From Lysobacterales bacterium (GTDB taxonomy: Bacteria; Pseudomonadota; Gammaproteobacteria; Xanthomonadales; Rhodanobacteraceae), in assembly GCA_038255665.1 (NCBI GenBank), contig JBBSLA010000002.1, positions 9,773-73,772 of the forward strand: DNA of 64,000 bases, in the 5' to 3' direction. Shown piece after piece: positions 1 through 8,874 of this stretch; position 1 is the stretch's first letter, and the number at the start of each line of letters is the position of its first letter. The translations under genes were made by a program, and so were the position numbers. The notes under the pieces are model-generated. The model searched no databases. It was not told the origin of the DNA and worked only from the letters and a program-made list of their open reading frames with translations.

Positions 1-99
1 TACAACATCGACAACACTGTCGCCGCGATCAGCCGCCGAAAGGCTGACCCGTGGGACGGCATCGACGAGATTCGTCAAGCTTTGCCCGACCTTGAGTAA
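1..99 (+). CDS. 3' end of an unidentified CDS entering from upstream (...DPWDGIDEIRQALPDLE*)
   Basis: Frame +1 is open from base 1 to TAA at 97-99. Only 32 codons are visible, so no family can be assigned. Confidence 0.3.
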   Translation, partial: YNIDNTVAAISRRKADPWDGIDEIRQALPDLE

Positions 100-406
100 C
101 CTCACCTTGCGGTCGCGCGCGCCAACGCTGGAAACAGAATGCGCTACGGCACCACCGTGGCGCACTGGAGCACTGCGCCAGTTTGCCCAAGCACGCGCGC
201 ACACCTTCGATGGATTCGCGCGCGACCTTCAGTTGCTGAAGCATGTGCTCGACGAAGACAAGGACTGATTGTCGGTTGGTGGTTGCCAGTAATTCGGCGT
301 CAGGCAAGAGCTCGCCTGCTGGCGTCCATTCATCCAGTGGCCCACCGTGCCGGTCACACTCCCGGCCGACCAGGACATCGCTCACCGTTCGTTTTCCAAT
401 CTCACA

Positions 407-1645
407 ATGACACGAGGACACCGACCCTTGGATCTGAAAAGTGGTTATCCGTACTGGGCAGTCAAGAACGGCCTGATGCATGCATTCCCCCGCATGGAAG
501 CTGATCAGCAATGCGACGTGGCGATTGTCGGAGGCGGCATCAGCGCGGCATTGATCGCCAACCAGCTTGCGCAGCATGGGCACGACGTCGTCGTGATCGA
601 ACAGCGAGATGTTGCGTGGGGAAGTTCGGCGGCGAGTACCGCTTTGCTCCAATACGAAATCGATACGCCGATGGTCGATCTCGCCAAGCGCTACGGTGAG
701 AAGGATGCCGCTCTCGCCTACCAGGCATGCGCCGACGCAATCCCGATGTTGCAGGGCCTGTCGCGCGATGTGCGCGACGTGGATTTTTCGCTGGCGCAGA
801 GCCTGTACTACGCCAGTCGCGAACGTGACGTTTCGGCAATGCGGGACGAGCTCGCCCTGCGACAACGCCACGGTTTCGATGTCGAATGGTTGGAAAGCCC
901 CGAGCTTTGGGACGAGTACGACGTGCGTGCTCCCGGCGCGATGCTCAGCAAGCTCGGAGCGCGCGTCGATCCGTACCGACTGGCCTATCGCCTGCTGGCG
1001 AAACTGGAGCGTGCCGGGACGCGCGTGTTTGATCGATCGCGCGTCGTGGAAATGCAAACGTCTCCGCGCAAAGTGACCTTGCGCACGGAGGCGGGCTTTT
1101 CGATCCAGGCCAAGCATGTCGTCTTGGCAGCCGGTTACGCCAACGAACATTGGCTATCGAAAAAAGTGGCGGAGAACCGCAGCAGTTACGCCTTCATCAC
1201 CGATCCGCTGGGCGCGGAGGAACTCGGTGCATTCGCGAAGACGATGGCCTGGGAGTCCGCCCGTCCCTACATTTACCTTCGATCCACATCGGACGGCCGC
1301 TTGCTGGTCGGCGGGGAAGACGATGCCATCGACATACCGGCCAAGCGAAATGTGCAGGTGGAAAAGAAGGTGCAAGACCTGCAGAAGAAAGTCAGCCTGG
1401 CCATCCCGCGACTGCAACTGAAGCCGGCCTTCGCATGGGCTGGCACGTTCGCGGAAACCTCCGACGGCCTGCCGTTCTTTGGACCGCATCCGCAGCACGG
1501 GCCTCGCGTTCATTTCGCGATGGCTTACGGTGGCAATGGCATCACCTACAGCATGATCGGTGCCGGTTTGCTGCACGCGATGATTGAACGTCGCAAGCAT
1601 CCGCTCAAGTCGCTGTTCTCATTCTCGAGGCTGGATCGAAAATGA
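407..1645 (+). CDS. FAD-dependent oxidoreductase (DAO-type)
   Basis: N-terminal dinucleotide fold DVAIVGGGISAALIANQLAQHGHDVVVIEQ and C-terminal GNGITYSMIGAGLL. ATG at 407 was chosen over the track's GTG at 347, but the start is uncertain. Confidence 0.8.
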   Translation: MTRGHRPLDLKSGYPYWAVKNGLMHAFPRMEADQQCDVAIVGGGISAALIANQLAQHGHDVVVIEQRDVAWGSSAASTALLQYEIDTPMVDLAKRYGEKDAALAYQACADAIPMLQGLSRDVRDVDFSLAQSLYYASRERDVSAMRDELALRQRHGFDVEWLESPELWDEYDVRAPGAMLSKLGARVDPYRLAYRLLAKLERAGTRVFDRSRVVEMQTSPRKVTLRTEAGFSIQAKHVVLAAGYANEHWLSKKVAENRSSYAFITDPLGAEELGAFAKTMAWESARPYIYLRSTSDGRLLVGGEDDAIDIPAKRNVQVEKKVQDLQKKVSLAIPRLQLKPAFAWAGTFAETSDGLPFFGPHPQHGPRVHFAMAYGGNGITYSMIGAGLLHAMIERRKHPLKSLFSFSRLDRK

Positions 1646-1791
1646 ATCGTGTCGCGCATCGACGCAGCGACATCGAACGAATGACATCGCGCTGAACGTT
1701 GACGGAGGCGGCAAGCCCGCGGTTCATCGTCGTGCACCGATGATCGAGGCTCCCGCAGGTACCGACCTGCAACCACGAGGAGACCCAAGTC

Positions 1792-2133
1792 ATGAGCAAC
1801 ACCACCAATCATCTGTCGGCATCGACCTTGATCGGCGACGACATCACCAACCCGCAGAAGGAAAATCTCGGCGATCTGAAAGACTTCATGATCGACACGA
1901 CCAGTGGCAAGATTTCCTATGCAGTCGTGTCTTACGGCGGCATCCTCGGAATGGGCGACAAGCTGTTCGCGGTGCCATGGAGCCAGTTGACGGTTGATCA
2001 CGAGAACAAGTGTCTCGTGCTCAACGTAAGCAAGGATCGCTTGAAGGACGCACCCGGCTTCGACAAGGACCACTGGCCGAACTTCGCCGACACATCGTTT
2101 GCGAGCAAGATCGACACCTACTACGTTCGGTGA
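1792..2133 (+). CDS. PRC-barrel domain protein
   Basis: LIGDDITNPQKENLGDLKDFMIDTTSGKISYAVVSYGGILGMGDKLFAVPW is a typical PRC-barrel signature. A GAGGAG RBS lies upstream. Confidence 0.75.
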   Translation: MSNTTNHLSASTLIGDDITNPQKENLGDLKDFMIDTTSGKISYAVVSYGGILGMGDKLFAVPWSQLTVDHENKCLVLNVSKDRLKDAPGFDKDHWPNFADTSFASKIDTYYVR

Positions 2134-2194
2134 ACTCCCGCCACGGTCGCCTTGTTTTCATGAGGCGGTAGCCAGCGTTGGGGTCTAACCAATT

Positions 2195-2235
2195 CGCCGC
2201 GCGTACCCTCGGGTACAACGTCGGCGATTTTTTTT
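2195..2235 (+). terminator. Rho-independent terminator after the PRC-barrel gene
   Basis: Nested stems cgccg...cggcg and gtacc-ctcg-ggtac are followed by a T8 run at 2228-2235. Confidence 0.5.
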
Positions 2236-2250
2236 GCTGGTCTTGCAACA

Positions 2251-2778
2251 CTACAGCGTGCTCGGTGTGCCCATCCCCTTGAGTGTGGAGCGCCCTGTTG
2301 CATCGCCTTTCCGGACTACGCTCAGTGTCCCGTTTGTCTCGAGAACGACCGCCTCGGCCTGGTCCGATGTCATCATTCCTGCCGTACGCAGCGCCGAATG
2401 AACCTCCTCGTCGGTGACCCGTGCCTTTTGTAGCGCAGAGTGTAGAAGCTCGCCGCGATACAGCAGCAACCGCGGCTCGCCAGTTACAAGCTTTCGAATC
2501 CAGGGGGCTCGCACGCTTGACCAGGTAACGACGAATTGCAGCGCGATCAGCAGCGCGAAAGCAGTGGCTCCGTCGGTCAGTGAAACTTCCTTCGAGGTCA
2601 GCACACTCGCCAGTGTCGAGCCGAGCGAAACCGTCACCACCAAGTCGAAAGCGTTCATTTTCGACAGCGTCCTGTTACCTGCAATTCGCAGGAAAAGCAC
2701 AAGGACTGCGTAGGCGAGAAACCCCACGATCAAGGTGCGGTAAACGCTGTCCCATCCATTGAAGAAAAGTTGCGTCAT
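2251..2778 (-). CDS. DUF421 / YetF-family membrane protein
   Basis: MTQLFFNGWDSVYRTLIVGFLAYAVLVLFLRIAGNRTLSKMNAFDLVVTVSLGS matches the YetF N-terminus. ATG at 2778 was chosen because the longer track ORF adds an unlikely 51-aa leader. Confidence 0.75.
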   Translation of the reverse strand: MTQLFFNGWDSVYRTLIVGFLAYAVLVLFLRIAGNRTLSKMNAFDLVVTVSLGSTLASVLTSKEVSLTDGATAFALLIALQFVVTWSSVRAPWIRKLVTGEPRLLLYRGELLHSALQKARVTDEEVHSALRTAGMMTSDQAEAVVLETNGTLSVVRKGDATGRSTLKGMGTPSTL

Positions 2779-3114
2779 GTCTGCCTCCAGTACCAAATGT
2801 CGTTCGCTAGTCGCCGCTGCCATCATTACGACCGGTACGGTACATCGCGAGCCCTCGTCAGCCGTCGTTGGATGGACCTGCTGACGACAATCGGCAGGTC
2901 CTATCAACATTGGCCGCGCGCCCAAACGCATGCTGAAGAGCAGGCAGCAACCGGGCAGTTCCGTACGGTAGCGGACAGAACTCGTTCATCCAACTCCCGA
3001 TACTGTCCCTCCGCGCTGGAAGGCGTCCGCCAATGAGCCACCTTTCACGTCAGGAAAGGCGCTGCCAGCTCGCGGCACCATCAACCCCGTTGTCAATTTA
3101 CAGGAGACTACCCC

Positions 3115-3720
3115 ATGTCGAAGAGCATCGATGCAGCGCAAGTGAACGAACTTCTCTTCCAAGCGCTGGAAACAGAGCGGGGCGGTATCAAGATCTACAC
3201 CACCGCGATCGAGTGCGCCGTCAACGAGGACCTGCGCAAGGAATGGTCAGAGTACCTCGATGAGACGAAAAACCACGAACGTATCCTCACGTCGGTATTC
3301 GAAAAGCTTGGCCTGGATACGGAAACGCAGTCGGCTGGCCGCCAGGTTTGCGCACATCTGGGCGAGTCGCTGATCCAGGCGATGAAGATGGCTCAGGAAG
3401 CTGGCGATCCCGGCGCTGCACAACTTGTGGCAACGGAATGCGTCGTGCTCGCGGAGACCAAGGATCACTCGAACTGGGAATTGATAGGTCACGTCGCCAA
3501 GAACAGCAGTGGCGACCGTTCGAAGGTACTGAAAGAAGCATTTGAAGAGGTGGAGACCGATGAAGACCACCACCTCTATCACACGCAGGGATGGTCGCGG
3601 GAGTTGTGGATCGAATCGCTGGGCCTGCCAGCCGTGCTGCCGCCGCCGGAAGAAGTAAAAAAGGTCGAGACGGCGATCGGTGCGTCGCGAGCAGAACAGC
3701 AGCGTGACGACATGCTCTGA
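3115..3720 (+). CDS. Ferritin-like / four-helix-bundle stress protein (family uncertain)
   Basis: Helical E/H-rich pattern (ALETERGG...DETKNHERIL...ETDEDHHLYHTQGW). A CAGGAG RBS lies upstream. Confidence 0.55.
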   Translation: MSKSIDAAQVNELLFQALETERGGIKIYTTAIECAVNEDLRKEWSEYLDETKNHERILTSVFEKLGLDTETQSAGRQVCAHLGESLIQAMKMAQEAGDPGAAQLVATECVVLAETKDHSNWELIGHVAKNSSGDRSKVLKEAFEEVETDEDHHLYHTQGWSRELWIESLGLPAVLPPPEEVKKVETAIGASRAEQQRDDML

Positions 3721-3750
3721 TGTTGGAACGCTAGCGAACTGGAGCAGGAG

Positions 3751-3996
3751 ATGGACTGGATTCAATGGCCTGCCATGGTGGTGACCGTTCTCGCCGCCTG
3801 GCTGGTCGCCTCGTCCTCGGAGCGGCGGCGAGCGGTAGGCTTTTGGGTGTTCCTGCTAAGCAACGTCCTGTGGATCGTATGGGGCGTCCATGCGCGAGCC
3901 TACGCCCTGATTGGGCTTCAGATATGTCTTGTGGCGATGAATGTTCGCGGCACATCAAAGAACTCGAAGCCGGGCACTGACGACGTCATGACCTGA
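3751..3996 (+). CDS. Small 3-TM membrane protein
   Basis: Three hydrophobic segments. The W..F.LSNVLWIVWG motif is reminiscent of one PnuC-type repeat. The gene lies 30 nt after the preceding gene. Confidence 0.45.
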   Translation: MDWIQWPAMVVTVLAAWLVASSSERRRAVGFWVFLLSNVLWIVWGVHARAYALIGLQICLVAMNVRGTSKNSKPGTDDVMT

Positions 3997-4049
3997 CCGT
4001 CAGTGGATCCAGAAACCGGACCATAGCCCATAGATTCAGGAGAAAAAAC

Positions 4050-4283
4050 ATGACCGAAATGCGCTGTTCAAAAAAGGGCTGTCCGGAACCTCGCCAAGCC
4101 GGCAATCGATTTTGCGGCCCGATATGCAGAAACTCTGCACATTTTCCCTTGGACATTGTGGAACGGTTGCAGGACGACGAGCTGCTCGGCATACCCCCAG
4201 TCATGATCGAGACGACGGTGCCCGTGCGATATCACCGCCGTCCACGGTCGCCTGGCAGGATAGACGAGCGCCTTGGGGAGTAG
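4050..4283 (+). CDS. Hypothetical Cys-rich small protein
   Basis: Good RBS (tTCAGGAGaaaaaacATG). The N-terminus CSKKGCPEPRQAGNRFCGPIC looks like a zinc ribbon. No family recognised. Confidence 0.3.
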   Translation: MTEMRCSKKGCPEPRQAGNRFCGPICRNSAHFPLDIVERLQDDELLGIPPVMIETTVPVRYHRRPRSPGRIDERLGE

Positions 4284-4337
4284 CCCGGGGCACCAGCGGC
4301 TTCTGCCGATAGTGCACACCAAATACCCTTGCGCCAA

Positions 4338-4580
4338 TCACACTTGCTGCGGACCAAACGTTTGATCGAGGTCCGATTCGCCATTCGCGGAACCGATCCG
4401 CACGCAACTCGCTTGACCCGTTATCAGCCAGCGTGCTTCGGCCGCTTCACGCGCAGCCGATAAGGCCCTTTGCCTGTCCACGTGGATCAAAAGTGCCGTT
4501 TGATGATCGAAAGCCACGGTCCAACCGCCGCCATCTTCGTGCACGAAGTAACAAATTAGCTCGGAGCTGAGTGGGTCCAT
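4338..4580 (-). CDS. Hypothetical protein
   Basis: 80-aa ORF with protein-like composition. No family recognised. Confidence 0.3.
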   Translation of the reverse strand: MDPLSSELICYFVHEDGGGWTVAFDHQTALLIHVDRQRALSAAREAAEARWLITGQASCVRIGSANGESDLDQTFGPQQV

Positions 4581-4898
4581 GGAACGGCCTGCGCAAAAAG
4601 TGAAGAGGGCTGACGCTGGAACGATATGTCGACGAAGCTGTAAGGCATTAGAACAAGCGAATGGTCAAGTCATTCGCCGTTGCAACTTCGACGCGTCACC
4701 CAGGAGCGACTTCGCAACAAGACATGGAGCTTGCTGGTCTTCCGTCGGCGTCCGCGCCGACGATGTCTGCAGCACAGTCCATCGCACTGATGAACGCCGT
4801 GCCGTCAGGTTCACTTGCGCTTAATGGCCGGTAGCTTTGAATCGAAGTGCGCGTTGGCGCCAACCATCCCGACACTCAAAACGAAAAGGGGAATCACC

Positions 4899-5918
4899 AT
4901 GCAAACCGTCGTCTCTTCTGCCGATCTTTCTGTCGCCAGCGAATCCAGTCGAACCGGTGTCAGTTGGGCGGCAATTTTCGCCGGTGCCGCCGCTGCCGCA
5001 GCGCTGTCCTACGTGCTCGTTATCCTCGGATTCGGGCTCGGATTGTCCTCGGTTTCTCCGTGGACGAACGATGGCGCGAGTGCGGAAGCGATCGGTATCG
5101 CGACCATCCTCTGGCTTGCATTCACGCAGATCATTTCGGCCGGCATGGGCGGTTATCTTGCCGGTCGGCTGCGCGTGAAGTGGTCATACATCGCCGACGA
5201 CGAAGTCTACTTTCGCGATACCGTACATGGCTTTCTCAGCTGGGCCGTCGCCAGCCTGGTCGTGGTCGCATTCCTGGCAACTGCGGTCGGCAACGTGCTG
5301 GGCAGCGGCGCGAAACTGGCCGGTTCTGCGCTCAGCGGGGCGGGCAATGCAGTGGGCACCAGCGTATCGGCGGCGATGGAAAACATCGATATCGATAGCG
5401 AGTATTTCGTTGACACATTGTTTCGTGGCAACCCCACCGCGAATACTGCCCCCACGATGACCGACAACTTGGCAGTTGACCCTGCTACGGGGACGGCGCC
5501 GGAAGCACCGAACCAGAACGAACCGATCGTCCAGCGCCAGGCCGGTGCTGCTCAAGGCTCGGCCACGGCGGGGCGCGGCGAAGTCACCCGAATCTTCGCC
5601 AATGCCATCCGCACCGGCACATTGGCCGAAGCGGATCGCAGCTATCTGGCACAGTTGGTCGCCGCCCGTACGGGCATCAGTGCTGATGAAGCTCAACAGC
5701 GTGTCGAAGCCGGTTTCAACAACTTGAAGCAGGGCATCGACTCGGCGAAGACGAAGGCCAAGGAGGCGGCCGACGCTGCGCGCAAGGCTGCCGCGTTGCT
5801 GGCCATTTGGCTGTTCGTCAGCCTGTTGTGCGGCGCTTTTGCGGCGAGCCTGTTGGCCATCTTCGGTGGTCGCAGCCGCGATGCAGTCAGCGACGTTCCC
5901 GTTCGCAATGCTCGTTAA
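4899..5918 (+). CDS. Multi-pass membrane protein with a low-complexity linker and a C-terminal TM anchor
   Basis: ATG at 4899 is preceded by AAAAGGGG. It has 3-4 N-terminal TM helices, an Ala/Gly/Thr-rich linker, a KTKAKEAADAARKAA helix and a final TM. Confidence 0.6.
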   Translation: MQTVVSSADLSVASESSRTGVSWAAIFAGAAAAAALSYVLVILGFGLGLSSVSPWTNDGASAEAIGIATILWLAFTQIISAGMGGYLAGRLRVKWSYIADDEVYFRDTVHGFLSWAVASLVVVAFLATAVGNVLGSGAKLAGSALSGAGNAVGTSVSAAMENIDIDSEYFVDTLFRGNPTANTAPTMTDNLAVDPATGTAPEAPNQNEPIVQRQAGAAQGSATAGRGEVTRIFANAIRTGTLAEADRSYLAQLVAARTGISADEAQQRVEAGFNNLKQGIDSAKTKAKEAADAARKAAALLAIWLFVSLLCGAFAASLLAIFGGRSRDAVSDVPVRNAR

Positions 5919-5948
5919 CCGTTCCAACCCTACCAAGGAGTACCGATC

Positions 5949-6023
5949 ATGAAGTCAATGCTGCTGTGGTTCCTGGGCGTACCAATTCTGATCATCATCC
6001 TGATTGCGATCTTCGTCTTCTAA
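5949..6023 (+). CDS. 24-aa single-TM micro-protein (MKSMLLWFLGVPILIIILIAIFVF)
   Basis: Not in the ORF track because it is under 60 aa. AAGGAG lies 9 nt upstream of the ATG, and a strong hairpin follows directly. Confidence 0.45.
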   Translation: MKSMLLWFLGVPILIIILIAIFVF

Positions 6024-6045
6024 AAGTACCTGCAAACTTACGCGG

Positions 6046-6076
6046 AACGCAGCCACCACTCGTTGGTGGCTGCGTT
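6046..6076 (+). terminator. Strong hairpin after the micro-ORF (terminator-like, weak U-tract)
   Basis: 13-bp stem aacgcagccacca / tggtggctgcgtt with a ctcg loop. Confidence 0.4.
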
Positions 6077-6304
6077 GCATTCGGCGTTTGCCGGGCCAAG
6101 GCAACGATATTTTCCGCCATGCCGTGACGCGCTTGAGGCTGACAGCCTTCCTCGATGGCGCCTCACGCTGGTTCAGCGCTGCGCGCTCCCAGCGACCCGA
6201 AGTCGAGATCCACCAGACTTATTGGCAAAATGCTCGACACTGGACTGACGACGTTCAGTTTGGTATTTACGTTTGTCGAAACCAATCGGCAAACGGAGTT
6301 CGCC

Positions 6305-6628
6305 ATGCTTCGCAGTGGAACGATCCACGTAATTTCGCAAGCCGAAGACGCGTCGGGCGGGCGGATTGCGATGACAATGCGCGACAGGCCCGGACTCGGA
6401 GTCATGGTTTGGGCGGGGCTGCTGCGTCCGTTGGCATTGGGAAAACCCGCTGATCAGATTTTGCCCAGCGACTATGTGCGCAGGCAAATCGTGAGTTTTT
6501 CGGGCTGGCGCGACGTGTGGGATTTCTATGGCGACCACTCCGATTTTGCCCCATTGCTCGCAGAGATTCGCGGAACCGTCGACGAGCGAATCGCTTCGGG
6601 TGTGAATATGGCAGGTCCCCAAAGCTAA
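6305..6628 (+). CDS. Hypothetical protein
   Basis: ATG at 6305 has GGAG 6 nt upstream. Codon usage is atypical for the window. No family recognised. Confidence 0.3.
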   Translation: MLRSGTIHVISQAEDASGGRIAMTMRDRPGLGVMVWAGLLRPLALGKPADQILPSDYVRRQIVSFSGWRDVWDFYGDHSDFAPLLAEIRGTVDERIASGVNMAGPQS

Positions 6629-6811
6629 CGATCTGCACACTCGCGTGTCTGTCAGCGCGACGCGCACGCGCCCCCAGAATCGGTCCGCCGATGCGCGGAC
6701 GACCTATGAACGCGATCTTGAACCCCGTGACAGCGGCGGCGCCGGGCCATCGCCCGTTTTAAGTACGAGTTTTGCGGCGCGTCGCTGACTTTGGCGACGT
6801 GGCGTTGCTGC

Positions 6812-7081
6812 GCCCTCCACGCGTTCACGATGGCACTGGCCAAGAATCTCATCACGCGCGGTATTCGCGTCAATTGCATTGCGCTTGGCCCGGTTTGGAC
6901 GCCATTGAGCCCGGCCGACCGCAACGCTGAAGACGTTCCCGACTTCGGCACCAACACCGCGATGAAACGCCCCGCGCAACCGGAGGAACTGTCGCCGGCC
7001 CATGTGTTTCTCGCCGCACCGGCCGGTTCCAGCTACATCACCGGCATCGTGCTGCCGACACTGGGCGATGTGCCAGGCTGA
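6812..7081 (+). pseudogene. 5'-truncated remnant of an SDR oxidoreductase (YghA/YhxC-like), last ~90 codons only
   Basis: ALHAFTMALAKNLITRGIRVNCIALGPVWTPL...MKRPAQPEELSPAHVFLAAPAGSSYITG matches the C-terminal third of classical SDRs. The Rossmann N-terminus and the catalytic Y-x3-K context are absent upstream. Confidence 0.6.
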
Positions 7082-7197
7082 TGCGTCAGCTTTCGACGCC
7101 AGCCTTCTCGCGCCGCCTCGCGTCCGGTTCGGTACGTTGCCATCCACAACAACTGCGGGCACCATCGGGCGTCAGGCCCAATACCCGGGTGAATCGC

Positions 7198-8475
7198 ATG
7201 CGTAATCGTCTCGTCTCCCTGCTCGTCCTCGCTGCCAGTCTTGTGGCTTGCAGCGATCCTGTTCCCGTCGAATCGGCGACCGCCGAACAAACCGATCGTC
7301 CGATCGCGATGGCTGACGTCGGCGTCGCTGCCGATGAGGTGAAGGAAGGAGTGAGTGACGACATGCCCGGCCAGGCCCAGTCGCAAGCGCAGCCGCCCGC
7401 AGACGACCAGTACCAATTGCTCGGCATCAAGGATCCGGATTTCGGCATGGTCGCCTTTGCCATGAAAATTCCGCGCGACTGGCCAGCCAGGCAGACCTTC
7501 CAGCGCGAGTGGGATGGCGCGGTGCCCATCAATAAGGTCTACCTGGTGTTCCGCTCGCCGGATGGGCGGCAACAAATCGAATACCTGCCGGTGAGCCAAT
7601 ACATCTACAGCGATGGGCCCGGTGCAAACGATTTGCGCATGCAGAAACAATCGATGGGCATCGATCCGCGAATGGCGGAAAACGAATTGCCTCCCATGTC
7701 GGCGCTGGCTTACCTGCAAAACATCCTGTTGCCACAGATGGAGCAAAACAGGGTGACACTGAACGACATCGGCAACGCGCGCGAAGCGCCGGACCGTTCG
7801 GAAACGTCGCCCGGCAGCGATCAACCGCATATCGCATCCAGCGCCAGCGTGGATGGCATGCTGCCGAACGGCAATCGGGCGCGAATCGAAGTGCGGGTCG
7901 GACGGAACGAGCTACGTAACAACCAGGACATGTTCTACAGCTGGTGGGTAGTGCCTTCGATTACCCAGACCGGCGCTGGCGATCTGGATGCGACGTTTGC
8001 TCATACGCAAATCGCCCAAACCTCGATCGTCTTCAATCCGACCTGGCTAAGCAAGAACAAGGAATTGATGCAGAAGGGCTATCAGGCCAACTCTCGGGAA
8101 ATTGCACGCAATCACGCGGCGTCGATGGAAAACATCGCGCAGTGGGGCCGCATCAACCAGGCCAACGCCAAAGCCAGCATGGACCGCATCAACAGCAATG
8201 CCGCCGAAAGTGCGCGTCGACAGGAACAGCAGTCCGCCACCTTCAACGCCCGTATGGAACAAAAGGATCGCGAACACGAGTTGTTCACTGACGTGGTCAT
8301 CAACAGCGAAGCCAAGTACGCGAACCCCAGCACCGGCGAGCGCGTGAAGGTAGACAGCCGCTACAACCACACCTACACCGACAACAATGGCAACTACTAC
8401 CAAAGCGACACGCCACTGCGCTCGAACGACGTCAACTGGCAGGAGATGGAAAAAGTTCCGTTCAACGATTACTAG
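7198..8475 (+). CDS. Lipoprotein of unknown function
   Basis: MRNRLVSLLVLAASLVAC is a lipobox signal peptide. The C-terminal third is Q/N/A-rich and helical. No family recognised. Confidence 0.65.
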   Translation: MRNRLVSLLVLAASLVACSDPVPVESATAEQTDRPIAMADVGVAADEVKEGVSDDMPGQAQSQAQPPADDQYQLLGIKDPDFGMVAFAMKIPRDWPARQTFQREWDGAVPINKVYLVFRSPDGRQQIEYLPVSQYIYSDGPGANDLRMQKQSMGIDPRMAENELPPMSALAYLQNILLPQMEQNRVTLNDIGNAREAPDRSETSPGSDQPHIASSASVDGMLPNGNRARIEVRVGRNELRNNQDMFYSWWVVPSITQTGAGDLDATFAHTQIAQTSIVFNPTWLSKNKELMQKGYQANSREIARNHAASMENIAQWGRINQANAKASMDRINSNAAESARRQEQQSATFNARMEQKDREHELFTDVVINSEAKYANPSTGERVKVDSRYNHTYTDNNGNYYQSDTPLRSNDVNWQEMEKVPFNDY

Positions 8476-8874
8476 CTCGACGTTGGCTGGCGACTATCAC
8501 CAGACTACGCATGCTGGCTACCGGGTTCGCTGACAGCACAATCCCTGTGATGACAACGAACTGGCTTGAATCCGTTCGGGCCACGCTGCGGTCCGTTTCT
8601 GCGCCAGCTCGCCTCCACGAATCGGGACAAGCGTCAACGGCACGCAGTGTCGCTACGCTGCCCGCCAAACTCTCGGCGTTGGCAGCCCGGCACGCGCAGC
8701 GCGCCGGGATGGAAAGCGGAAGAACGAGTCCGATGCGCAATGCCTCATGCCTCCCGAGTCCCGTTTCGCGTGCGGTGGAACTGCTACGGGCGTGACGATA
8801 GCGGCGCGCTTCACGCCGGTTTTCACGCAAACATGTTTGAATGTCCGCAACCTGGAACACGGCAGCGGGCGTTG

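Noticed and set aside
29-1150. 373-aa ORF on the minus strand at the window start.
   Set aside because: It is antisense to the well-supported FAD-dependent oxidoreductase (407-1645). Its composition is Arg/Cys/His-rich, typical of out-of-frame GC-rich DNA, and it resembles no family.
4656-4676. Perfect 7-bp-stem hairpin gcgaatg-gtcaagt-cattcgc in the 4581-4898 spacer.
   Set aside because: It has no U-tract, no adjacent gene end and no second copy in the window. It is too short to interpret.
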